From Clostridia bacterium (lineage in GTDB: Bacteria; Bacillota; Clostridia; JAAYHZ01), in NCBI GenBank assembly GCA_050950825.1, contig JBMNIH010000011.1, positions 64,001-128,000 of the forward strand: a DNA stretch of 64,000 nt, given 5' to 3'. Numbering within the stretch: position 1 is the first letter of the stretch; every line of letters starts with the position of its first letter. A program made the translations under genes and the position numbers. Positions 29,423 to 38,531 of this stretch are shown piece after piece. The notes beneath the pieces are model-generated. The model was not told the origin of the DNA and made no database searches. It was given only the letters and a program-made list of their open reading frames with translations.

Positions 29423-29920
29423 TTGGTTGACGAGTACATAAAAAAATACGGGAAGCGGTTATACGGACTGTGCTTGACTCTTTGTGCTTTTTCCGACGAA
29501 GCGGATGATTTATACCAAGACACATGGTTAAAGGTATTGAAGAATATTTCTCAGTACGACGAAACCAAAGAGTTTGAGCCTTGGCTGACCAAAATTTGCG
29601 TCAATACCTACCGCAACAAATTACGAAGAATCGCCAAAGCACCCTTTTACAACCGATTTTCTGACGGGGATGAGAAGGATAGGGTTTTAGAATCCGTATC
29701 GGCGGAACATCCGAAGGACTACGGCGATTTACACAAAGCCATCGACAAGCTTCCCGAAAAGTACCGAATCACCGTTATCCTCTTCTATTTCAACGATTTG
29801 GATTTAAAATCAGTCGCTTCAACCCTTGGAATTCCCGTAGGAACGGTAAAATCCAGGTTGAACAAAGCCAAAAAACTGATAAAGGAGGAGTTGAATCGTG
29901 AACCGGATCTACAATTTTGA
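29423..29920 (+). CDS. ECF RNA polymerase sigma factor
   Basis: ADDLYQDTWLK, FEPWLTKICVN, LPEKYR, GIPVGTVKSRLNKAK. TTG 29423 lies behind AGGAGG. Confidence 0.9.
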   Translation: MVDEYIKKYGKRLYGLCLTLCAFSDEADDLYQDTWLKVLKNISQYDETKEFEPWLTKICVNTYRNKLRRIAKAPFYNRFSDGDEKDRVLESVSAEHPKDYGDLHKAIDKLPEKYRITVILFYFNDLDLKSVASTLGIPVGTVKSRLNKAKKLIKEELNREPDLQF

Positions 29921-30173
29921 AGCAAAAGAGCCGCCCTTTTTAAATGAAAAAATGCTGCGGGAGAAAATGAAACGGCGTAAAACCCGTATCATGTCCGTTC
30001 TTTTGGCATGTGCCGGATTTCTTTCCCAATTATGCATATTGATCATCGGCTTGATTACGCTGGAGAATTTCCCGATTCTGTCCTTCTTTTGCTTTGTATA
30101 CCTCGTTGTGGCTCTTAGCGGCGGCTGCGCCGTCCTTATCGTATTTAATCGTGAAAGGAGTAAATTTGTGTAA
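29898..30173 (+). CDS. Small membrane protein, putative anti-sigma factor
   Basis: Overlaps the sigma gene; two hydrophobic helices. Confidence 0.55.
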   Translation: MNRIYNFEAKEPPFLNEKMLREKMKRRKTRIMSVLLACAGFLSQLCILIIGLITLENFPILSFFCFVYLVVALSGGCAVLIVFNRERSKFV

Positions 30174-31084
30174 TGAATCTGTCCATCCTTGTATCCGTTA
30201 TACCTTTATCTCTTCTTTTCGCCATCCCCATACTCATAGGCGTTTACGTATACAAAGACGCCGTACAACGGGGGATGAACGGCGCTTTATGGGCTTTGGT
30301 TGTCATTTTGACTCCGGGCTTTATCGGCCTTATCATCTACCTTCTGGTTCGAAACGGGTATTCCCGCCTGCAGTGCCCTAACTGCGGCACGAAGGTTACC
30401 GAAGAGTATACCCTTTGTCCGAAATGCGGAACTACACTGAAAGCCTACTGCCCAAGCTGCCGTTTTCCCGTAGAGAGGGACTGGACGGTTTGCCCGAAAT
30501 GCGCCCAAAGCTTATCCGGATACCAAACCTCTTATACGCCTCCGGTCGAAAACAAGGATAATTCCTTAGGAAAAATCCTTTTGATTGTGATCATAACCCC
30601 CGTTTTGCTGTTCACGACGCTAATCCTGTTCTCCGTAAACTACAACCGGTCTTCCGTTCGCGTAGGCTATACCAACACGGCGTATTTGAACGAATCCCAT
30701 TATGCCGAACGTCCGGAGGTTTTAGAATGGATCGAGCAATGTAAAAAAGATCCTTCCAAAATCTACGCCCTTTATTACGAAGCTCCGGACGGAGATCAAA
30801 CGCTCACCACGTACCTGATCTATCGGCCTTTCAATGACCAATATACAGGCGTTCAAACAAAAACCGTTGAAAAACTCTTCGGCCGAAAGAAGGTGACGGT
30901 TGATTTTAATCAAAATCTATCTCATTTCCGTTACGAGAACCAATTGGTCTGTATAACGGTTTTATCAAAAAGAAGCGTGATATTCAATGTGAGAGTAGAC
31001 GGAAAGCCTGCGGATTTCGAAATCACTCCGGTCGATTACAACCCTGCATTGTTTATGATTCGTGAAAGCGCGGCGGCTGCATAA
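30173..31084 (+). CDS. Membrane protein with PLDc_N-like and double zinc-ribbon domains
   Basis: VYKDA..RGMN..LW; four CPxC motifs; a further TM helix and an extracellular C-terminus. Confidence 0.75.
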   Translation: MNLSILVSVIPLSLLFAIPILIGVYVYKDAVQRGMNGALWALVVILTPGFIGLIIYLLVRNGYSRLQCPNCGTKVTEEYTLCPKCGTTLKAYCPSCRFPVERDWTVCPKCAQSLSGYQTSYTPPVENKDNSLGKILLIVIITPVLLFTTLILFSVNYNRSSVRVGYTNTAYLNESHYAERPEVLEWIEQCKKDPSKIYALYYEAPDGDQTLTTYLIYRPFNDQYTGVQTKTVEKLFGRKKVTVDFNQNLSHFRYENQLVCITVLSKRSVIFNVRVDGKPADFEITPVDYNPALFMIRESAAAA

Positions 31085-31605
31085 AGCCGCCTTTTCACCT
31101 ATTATGAATATTTTTTATCCCTTAGATTCACTACTATTTCCGACCCTAATAAACTTATCACCATTTATATATGGTGTTTCCTTGAGCGCTGATACAGTGA
31201 GGATTCTATCCATTACCGGAATGGATAGGATTCGCTTAATTGACTTTATTATCTACAGAATATAAATTATCAAGTAAATATCAACCTATTGTTTATTCGC
31301 AGAATTTATTGAAGCATCCCGCAAATTATTGATAAACTATATTTTATGGTGTAGTATAATATTAACAAATCCCACAGGCCTCTGTCGTTGACAAGCACAC
31401 TTAGTGGGCTTTTTGCATTTAAGGAGAAAAATGCGGATATTCTTTAACGTTACGTCAAATCGATACTTTCTTTGACAGTGCTTCATTAGAAACTTTGATG
31501 CAAATATATAAAGCTTTTCAATTTTTCGTCAAGTTGATTTTGCATATTGTTCGTTATACAATGGAAAAACAATGACAGTATACATTATATAACCGGGTTG
31601 ATGAT

Positions 31606-32556
31606 ATGCTTTGCCAATTTACCATCGGAAAATTCAAATCCTTTAAAAATGAATCCGTATTGGACCTTTTTGCCGAGAATATCCGTGAGCATGAAAAAGG
31701 CTTGATTACGGATCCTTACGACGGCGAAGCTTTCTTGCCCGTCTTATCCGTTTACGGCCCCGATAAGGGAGGAAAATACGAGGTTTTCGAAGCATTCGAT
31801 TTTCTTTCCCAAAGAGTCCTGTTTCCGGATAATGAAGTCCGGTCGGATTCTCCGGTGCATTTGGAGGTCCTTTTTCGTGTGAAAGAGAGGGAGTACAAAT
31901 ATATATTTGATTACAGGCAAGCCGTTATTTCGGAAGAATGCCTGTATATGCGAGATCTTGTATCAAAAAAACCGGATATATTGTTTGAACGGATAGGAAC
32001 CGAATATTACCTTGGTCCTGGTTTGGGAAGCTTTGAATTACAAGACCTAAACCCATCCCTTTCGCTTTTGTCCTGTCTTTCAAAAAGCGACAAAAGCAAT
32101 ATTCTAAACGATGCCGCGGCTTGGTTTCAAAGCATCCGATACGTTCGTTATGACGATACCTTATCCTTATCCTATGAAAACCCTTTTCCTATTCTTTCGG
32201 ATTCCTTGGAAAAGGGCGGACTTCTCCTTCTGGATGACCGCGGTTTTCAGCCGGACTCGAATTTCTTTTTGCGTATCATCGAAATGTTTAAAGACCCGAT
32301 ATTGAATAAAAAAGGAGCCCAATTGATTTTCACCTCCGGTGATCCTACGATTATGAATTCCGCCGTATTCCGAAGAGACGAAATTTGGTTTTCGGCTGTA
32401 AACAAGAACAACGAATCGATGCTGTATCCTCTTGTCCTTTTCAAATTAAACAAAGAAAATTCCGTATACATTGATTACGGAAAAGAGTACACGGAAGGAA
32501 GGTACGGTGCGGATCCCGATTTTAAAGGCTTTCGCTCGAAGGAGGAAGACCCATGA
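31606..32556 (+). CDS. RloA/AAA_21-like ATPase, degenerate
   Basis: MLCQFT..FKSFK, YGPDKGGK, AQLIFTS, FRRDEIWF, EGRYGADP. Walker motifs are altered and the ABC signature region is missing. Confidence 0.75.
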   Translation: MLCQFTIGKFKSFKNESVLDLFAENIREHEKGLITDPYDGEAFLPVLSVYGPDKGGKYEVFEAFDFLSQRVLFPDNEVRSDSPVHLEVLFRVKEREYKYIFDYRQAVISEECLYMRDLVSKKPDILFERIGTEYYLGPGLGSFELQDLNPSLSLLSCLSKSDKSNILNDAAAWFQSIRYVRYDDTLSLSYENPFPILSDSLEKGGLLLLDDRGFQPDSNFFLRIIEMFKDPILNKKGAQLIFTSGDPTIMNSAVFRRDEIWFSAVNKNNESMLYPLVLFKLNKENSVYIDYGKEYTEGRYGADPDFKGFRSKEEDP

Positions 32557-33224
32557 AAAGCGAGCCTTTAAAAGCCGATACAAAAGAAAAATTGGAAGCC
32601 TTAATGCAAAAGAAAACAAAAGAAACTCAGGTCCTTCACCCCTTGCCGCCTTATACGGTCATTTTTTGCGAAGGTACCAAAACGGAGCCCTTATATATCC
32701 GAGGCTTTACCGAACGAATCAACAAAAAGTACGAAGATATGACGCCGAAAGAACGAATTACGGTTATCGGAACGGGGAGAAGCGGAAAAAGTCTTTTGGA
32801 TTACGCAAGAAAAAAAGTTAAAACGGAATTTCCCGAATGCCAAGTCGTGTGGCTTATGTACGATAAGGACGACTCCTCCGATGACGATTTTGACAACACC
32901 CAATTCAGTGCACAGGATCGGGCCTCGAAGCAAGAATATCGTGTGGCATGGTCCAACGAATGTATCGAGCTTTGGTTCCTGCTTCACTTTCGGCCTCTTT
33001 TCTCGCAAATAGGCAGAAAGCGGTACAAAGAAATATTAAGAGAATACTTTCCCTACAGGAAAAACGCATTGCAAATCTACGACATACTCAAAGACAAAAC
33101 CGATATCGCCATCGCTCGAGCAAAAACGCTATACGAAAGCTACGAAAAGAACACGCCTCCCTCCAAAAGGATTCCGGCCACAAGAATGCACGAATTAATA
33201 GCTTTCTTACGGGAATATCTATAG
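32553..33224 (+). CDS. RloB-family protein
   Basis: IFCEGTKTEPLY, VWLMYDKD, AWSNECIELWFLLHF, AIARAK, PATRMHELI; coupled to the ATPase gene by ATGA. Confidence 0.85.
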   Translation: MKSEPLKADTKEKLEALMQKKTKETQVLHPLPPYTVIFCEGTKTEPLYIRGFTERINKKYEDMTPKERITVIGTGRSGKSLLDYARKKVKTEFPECQVVWLMYDKDDSSDDDFDNTQFSAQDRASKQEYRVAWSNECIELWFLLHFRPLFSQIGRKRYKEILREYFPYRKNALQIYDILKDKTDIAIARAKTLYESYEKNTPPSKRIPATRMHELIAFLREYL

Positions 33225-33237
33225 CCCATCAATACAA

Positions 33238-33705
33238 TCAAACAATATCCGCAATATCGAAGGATAAAACCTTCTTTAAATCCTCAAGGCCGACTTCCAC
33301 TTGGCATCCGATTTTACCCGCGCTGAAGAATATGGTTTCAAAATTCTCCGCGGTTTTATGGATGACGGTTTGAAAAGGCTTTTTCATTCCTATGGGCGAA
33401 CAACCGCCGTGAACATAACCGGTCAAAGGGAATAGCTCCTTTAATTTAATCATTTCCACGGATTTTTCCCCTACGCATTCGGCGGCCTTCTTTAAGTTCA
33501 GTTCCTCCGCCACGGGAACCAAAAACACGTAATGCTTTTTGGATTTGCCCACCGTCACCAACGTTTTAAAAACCCGATTCGGATCTTGGTTCAAAACCCT
33601 CGCCACCTCAAGCCCGGCTACGGCATCTGTTTTTTCGTAATCATGGCTTTTGTATGCGATTTTTGCTTTATCCAGTATTCTCATCACGTTTGTCTTTGTA
33701 GTCAC
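33238..33705 (-). CDS. ybaK: Cys-tRNA(Pro) deacylase, YbaK/EbsC family
   Basis: KTNVMRILD, VFKTLV, TGYVHGGCSPIG, SAGKIG. Confidence 0.9.
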   Translation of the reverse strand: MTTKTNVMRILDKAKIAYKSHDYEKTDAVAGLEVARVLNQDPNRVFKTLVTVGKSKKHYVFLVPVAEELNLKKAAECVGEKSVEMIKLKELFPLTGYVHGGCSPIGMKKPFQTVIHKTAENFETIFFSAGKIGCQVEVGLEDLKKVLSFDIADIV

Positions 33706-33800
33706 TTGGTCTCCCCTTTTCCTCGCATCTTTTTGATTTCTTTAAAACGGTTCTATTATATCACCTTATGACCCTCGACTTAAAGACAACCTAAGAAACT

Positions 33801-34541
33801 TCAATTCATAGAATATAGCTTTTCGTATTCTTCATCTAAAGACAATATGATTTTTTCCGTCAGCTCAAACAAGCGGTTCAAGTCTTCCTGGATATCTTTA
33901 CGGTCTTTTATGAGCTCCGTATGCCAAAAATACGGCCACATCCCGGCGGAGCCTCCCCCTTCCGAATAGATGATAAAGGCCAATCGGGAGTCGCTGCATA
34001 AAAGCTCGGTGCTGTTTTTGTACAAAGACAAGTCCGTGATCACTTCCACGTACTCTCGGACATCCTCGGGTATCTTGCGGTAGTCCGGTGCAAACAGGGA
34101 CCCGTCGGGATTCCGAGGAAGCTCAAACAAAGCAATCATGTTTTTAACGGCCAGATCCGAAAAAAAGCCCTTCAGATTCCTTACCAACCCGTTGTATTCC
34201 GAAATGTCCTCCAAAAGCTCGGCGCTTAAAGGAACACCGATCAATAAATCGTCAAAGACGATTTCTCGGTTCATAATCTTTTCATAGATCCCGTCCATTC
34301 TTTTGGCTACGGGATTCGTCCGAAGAATATACTCCTTTTCTTGGCCAACGGATTCTACTTCCCTGTTTTCTTGGGTTTCATTTAAGCTTTCGGAATACAA
34401 AGAAAGTATCTTCGAAACCTTATCAAGGGTTAATGCTTGTACCGCAACGATGAGAATTACGGAAAAGATAAAAAGGACGACCAAAATTCGGCTCAGGTCG
34501 GACATTTTATTAAATCCGTTATCTTTACTTGTTTTTTGCAA
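33801..34541 (-). CDS. Hypothetical membrane-anchored protein
   Basis: GGAGGTG RBS before TTG; N-terminal TM helix; 246-aa ORF. Confidence 0.6.
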   Translation of the reverse strand: MQKTSKDNGFNKMSDLSRILVVLFIFSVILIVAVQALTLDKVSKILSLYSESLNETQENREVESVGQEKEYILRTNPVAKRMDGIYEKIMNREIVFDDLLIGVPLSAELLEDISEYNGLVRNLKGFFSDLAVKNMIALFELPRNPDGSLFAPDYRKIPEDVREYVEVITDLSLYKNSTELLCSDSRLAFIIYSEGGGSAGMWPYFWHTELIKDRKDIQEDLNRLFELTEKIILSLDEEYEKLYSMN

Positions 34542-34688
34542 CGGTTACACCTCCGTCTTGTTTCATTCCCAATATGTCGATTATACTATACTTTGTATAG
34601 AATTTACCATCGGATCGTCTTTTCTATGTATTTCGGAGGCAAAATAAAAGCCGTTAATATAACGGCCTTTATTGGAAACACGGATTTT

Positions 34689-36515
34689 TTATTTATTCTC
34701 TACATAAGTACGATAGTACTCAAAGGTTTTAATTTCATCACGGTTCCAAATTTCCACCCATTTATCCAAGCCTGCAGCGTATATTTGCTCGATATATTGC
34801 TCCCATTCATTGTCGATATTGGCTATCTGCCCTTGATTGAATCGGGTGATAAAATCTTTATGAACCGCATTGATTTGGGCAGAGGTTTCTTCTTGTAACG
34901 TCTTAAATTCCTTGTACATTTCCATGGGCATTGTGAAGGCGGAATAGTACTTATCCGGTCGAATCCACAAGCTGTCATCATAGAAGCCGCCGGGGTGATA
35001 TTTATTCCAGAACTCAACCCATTGGACGGTGCAGGCATCAAAATTCATATAGATTTTGTAATCGTTGATAAAATGCTGATTACCGAACTGCCCGAAGGTA
35101 GCCCCTTCTCCCCTGCCTTTGTATTGGGGCGGTATTTTTTCAGGGTCGGTAAATATCAAAGGACTGTTGAATGGTTCTCCGGCCCATTTATAGTGAATAT
35201 GCTCGATACCCCACTTGTAGCGTATCCAATCTTCTCCGAAATAGGTGTAGTCCAAAATTTGGAACAAACGAATCAGTTTTTCGTCGGATACATGAGCCGC
35301 TATGGGATAGGTTACGCTCGGATCCCAGTTGAATGTAGCATAAGGACGATACTTTCCGTTTTCACCGGGTACGGGAGTAATGACAAAACGAGCATCCGGA
35401 TCCTGAAGCAGTATGGAAGCCGGCGGCCACTGTTCCATATCCGCATAGGTACCCAATATTCGGTAACCGCTTCTTGTGTTCATATAACCTACTTTACCGG
35501 TCGCCCATATGGACTGCAAATCGGCGGCATTTACGCTTCTTAAAAATCCTTTGTCCAGCATTTCTCTTACATACTGCAAGTAATCACGGTAAGGAGTATA
35601 GGCGTAATACGGAACAAAATCTCCAGTGACAGGGTCTTTATAGAAGTGAGAATCGTCCTTGTCATATCCGAACATATTGTATGTAATGTAGCTGTCGTTG
35701 ATGGAGCCGGTAAAGGTCGATCCGTAGGTATCGTCTACGCCGTTGTCGTCCGGATCATCCTCGGTAAAAGCTCTTAATATTTCTTTTACATCGTCCAAAG
35801 AAAATTTCGTGGTACTGAAATATACCGTATCGTCCCATTCCGGTTTTACCACGCTTTTCATGGGAGTTAAGTTTTCCGGTTCATAACCGATATTCTCCAG
35901 CCAATCCAAGCGCCACAAAGGTACATATCCGGTATGCGTTGCACGAGGAGTCAAAGCCGTTAATCCGTAGTACAAATCTTCCGTCCCCTCTACCCTGTTC
36001 ATATGAAAGCCGACGGCATCCTCTAACATTTTCTTGTAATAGCCGGGGTAGTATTGCTTAATCAAATTCAAAGGTACGGTTCTTCCTAAGCCTTGTTCCA
36101 CCATATACACGCCGGATTTGTAATAAAAGCCGTAGTCCGGTACGTCTCCCGCCGCCAACATCATATCCACTTGCTCATTGGCACCGGATTTTACAAGGAT
36201 ATCCCAGAAGTTAAATTTCACATTGAACTTTTCCTCCAGCTCGACTTTATCCCAGCGTCCTTCCACGAACTCCGGATTGCCGAGAAAATTAAACTCAAAT
36301 TTCTCCGCAAAGGGGTTCTCTATAACCGTTGTCGTCTCCGACGTTGTCGTTTTTGGTTCCGGTGCCTTCGTTGTTGTCACGGCTTTTGTTGTTTGCACCG
36401 AGCTTACAGACGATTCGCTGCTTTCGGAAGGATTTTTTTCGCTGCTTGTGTTACAAGCCGCAAAGTTAAGAATAACAGCCGTTACCATTAATAATATGAA
36501 CGCTTTTTTCATCAT
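34689..36515 (-). CDS. ABC transporter extracellular solute-binding lipoprotein (carbohydrate type)
   Basis: Lipobox NFAAC, S/T linker, MLAAGDVPD, RLDWLENIG, LRAFTEDDPDDNGVDDTYG. True start is ATG 36515; the ORF-track extension runs into the inserted element. Confidence 0.85.
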   Translation of the reverse strand: MMKKAFILLMVTAVILNFAACNTSSEKNPSESSESSVSSVQTTKAVTTTKAPEPKTTTSETTTVIENPFAEKFEFNFLGNPEFVEGRWDKVELEEKFNVKFNFWDILVKSGANEQVDMMLAAGDVPDYGFYYKSGVYMVEQGLGRTVPLNLIKQYYPGYYKKMLEDAVGFHMNRVEGTEDLYYGLTALTPRATHTGYVPLWRLDWLENIGYEPENLTPMKSVVKPEWDDTVYFSTTKFSLDDVKEILRAFTEDDPDDNGVDDTYGSTFTGSINDSYITYNMFGYDKDDSHFYKDPVTGDFVPYYAYTPYRDYLQYVREMLDKGFLRSVNAADLQSIWATGKVGYMNTRSGYRILGTYADMEQWPPASILLQDPDARFVITPVPGENGKYRPYATFNWDPSVTYPIAAHVSDEKLIRLFQILDYTYFGEDWIRYKWGIEHIHYKWAGEPFNSPLIFTDPEKIPPQYKGRGEGATFGQFGNQHFINDYKIYMNFDACTVQWVEFWNKYHPGGFYDDSLWIRPDKYYSAFTMPMEMYKEFKTLQEETSAQINAVHKDFITRFNQGQIANIDNEWEQYIEQIYAAGLDKWVEIWNRDEIKTFEYYRTYVENK

Positions 36516-36525
36516 TTTCACCTCC

Positions 36526-37015
36526 CTAATAATACTTTGATTTTCTTTGAATATCTCACTCATTCTTAGATTTTCTCATTTTTCAAGATGAGCCACATGG
36601 ACAGACAATACATTGTTGCATAATTATGGATTCCATAGTGCATACTAATTAAACCTGCGTCGTTTTGCTGTTTTACGGCCATTAGTATCCACACATTCTC
36701 CGGTGGCAACCCTCCCATGTCTAACGGGGTCATAGCCCTTAATTCCTTCGTTCTGCCTGCCCATGGAGGTGGATGTCAGTCAAGCTCCTTCACGGGGTCA
36801 TTGCCCTTATGGTGAAAATTCATCCCGACTATCCGGCTCTTCTTGTCAATGTTCAATCTATAATGAATGAATAGTGAAAACTTGAGTTTTACTCTGTCCC
36901 CTTGCACCGCTTAGTTACTTCCGTCATTGCTCGAGGAAGACTGTCAAGGGTCGGCGCAAGCCGAACGCAGTCTTGCCCTTGACCGTCTTACGAGAGCAAT
37001 GTATCCTTCCATAAG
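36526..37015 (-). mobile_element. Non-autonomous IS110-family-like element (no transposase) inserted in a Shine-Dalgarno sequence
   Basis: GGAGG (plus-strand CCTCC) at 36521-36525 and 37016-37020; deleting the insert restores AAAAGGAGGTGAAAATG. Long hairpin at 36925-37001; duplicated 18-nt motif; no ORF of transposase size. Confidence 0.7.
36700..36830 (-). ncRNA. Putative IS110 bridge/seek RNA (boundaries approximate)
   Basis: Repeated motif TAAGGGCWATGACCCCGT (36724-36741, 36792-36809); guide-like AAGGAG and CACCTCC segments match the insertion site. Confidence 0.5.
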
Positions 37016-37251
37016 CCTCCTTTTCTTTACACGTAAAATCCGCAATGACGATGTTCTCTATGTTCTCTATCTTTTCGTCATCGACCGGTCGAATTGATAT
37101 CTTTTACAACATTTTACCTAATTTTCGATAATGAAAAAAAAGGAACGAAAATGACATGTTTTTTTAAACAATGACTATAAATTACACAAAGGAAAGAGAT
37201 TTATTAAATTATGAGAATGGAAGGAAATAATCGACATCAAAAGTAAGGATT

Positions 37252-38139
37252 TTATTCCGTATGTTGTTTTCGGTATTCTTTGGGCGTTAATCCGGTGATT
37301 TGTTTAAATTTTCGAAAGAAATAGTTGGAATTATTAAATCCCACCATATCCGATATTTCCGCTACCGTATACGGTTTATTTTTCAATAAATAGCAGGCAT
37401 GATGGATTCGGTGCTGTGTAAGCTTTTTTGAAAAAGTGACGCCGTAGGATTCTTGTAGAATTCGTGTCAATTGGCGAACACTCAAATGCATGATTCGAGC
37501 CAAATCCTCCACTTTTATATCCTGCATATAGAAAGAATTAAAAAATCCGTCAATAAAGGCTTCCCTGTTTTCCTGGGTATATTTGAAAAACGGCTTGCTT
37601 TCTTCTCCGGTTGTACTGAAGACCTCTCTTAGTATACTAATGATCAGCTGTATAAAACCGCTTCGAATCACGGCGGTATAACCTAGCTTCGGATTTTCGA
37701 ATTCTTTTATGATACGCTCAACCATATGAATTTGCTCGGTATTGTCACGGAAGATATAGTATTTGTCAATTTGATCGGCGTAATTAAATATCTCGGAATA
37801 AATCCCGCTTTTCGGCTCAATGCTGAATCGAAAACTGCATCGGGATGTGCTTTCTTGGGAAATGTTCATGATGGAATGGTATACACGAGGGCAAATAATT
37901 AAGCAACTTCCGGCATGCAATAGGATTTCCTTGTGGTCCACGTTAAATTGATGCTCTCCGCTCTTTATGAAATGTACCTCATACACGGGATGATTGTGAA
38001 AGGATACGGTCCACGACCCGGATCCGAAAAAGCTTTTGTTTAAATATACTCGCAAAAGAGCATCCTGAATATCCGCTTCGAAGTTGTATGTCTTCGTATC
38101 GTTCATTTTTTCTATTGGAAGGCTTTCCGAACAATTCAT
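37252..38139 (-). CDS. AraC-family transcriptional regulator (cupin + HTH)
   Basis: FHNHPVYEVHFIKSG; LSVRQLTR; EISDMVGFNNSNYFFRKFKQITGLTPKEYR. Confidence 0.92.
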   Translation of the reverse strand: MNCSESLPIEKMNDTKTYNFEADIQDALLRVYLNKSFFGSGSWTVSFHNHPVYEVHFIKSGEHQFNVDHKEILLHAGSCLIICPRVYHSIMNISQESTSRCSFRFSIEPKSGIYSEIFNYADQIDKYYIFRDNTEQIHMVERIIKEFENPKLGYTAVIRSGFIQLIISILREVFSTTGEESKPFFKYTQENREAFIDGFFNSFYMQDIKVEDLARIMHLSVRQLTRILQESYGVTFSKKLTQHRIHHACYLLKNKPYTVAEISDMVGFNNSNYFFRKFKQITGLTPKEYRKQHTE

Positions 38140-38531
38140 CTTATCACCCGTGAATTATGGCAGAATAAATAAATTTCCTATACTTTCATTTTACTACCAA
38201 ACCTTTTTCACTACAAGGCGTACCGCTTTGGAAATATATATTGCGCGAAGACATCGGGTTTTATGATTCCGAGCGATTTTAGACAGCCGAAAAAACATCC
38301 GTACCAAGATACCCTTGTCCTGTTTTCATTTGTTTGTTTGGTTTATTCACATCTTTGCTTATAAAACGTTTATCGGTATTTTGATTTTGGCTCCTGTCCG
38401 GGTACAGGCGCATTGGTTTCGGTCGATACATACATGGGATATATGGGAAATCAAGTGATGAGTGGGGTCAAAGCGGATCGCAATGGAATCACAGTTTGCA
38501 ATAAAGGTAGTCAAACAGGAGGGTTGAGTCC

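Noticed and set aside
36516-36563. N-terminal extension MSEIFKENQSIIREVK of the SBP
   Set aside because: Mostly inside the inserted element; the signal peptide and RBS point to ATG 36515.
36944-37012. 22-codon minus-strand ORF (MEGYIALVRRSRARLRSACADP) behind the upstream GGAGG
   Set aside because: Created by the insertion junction and runs through the terminal hairpin; no coding evidence, though incidental translation is possible.
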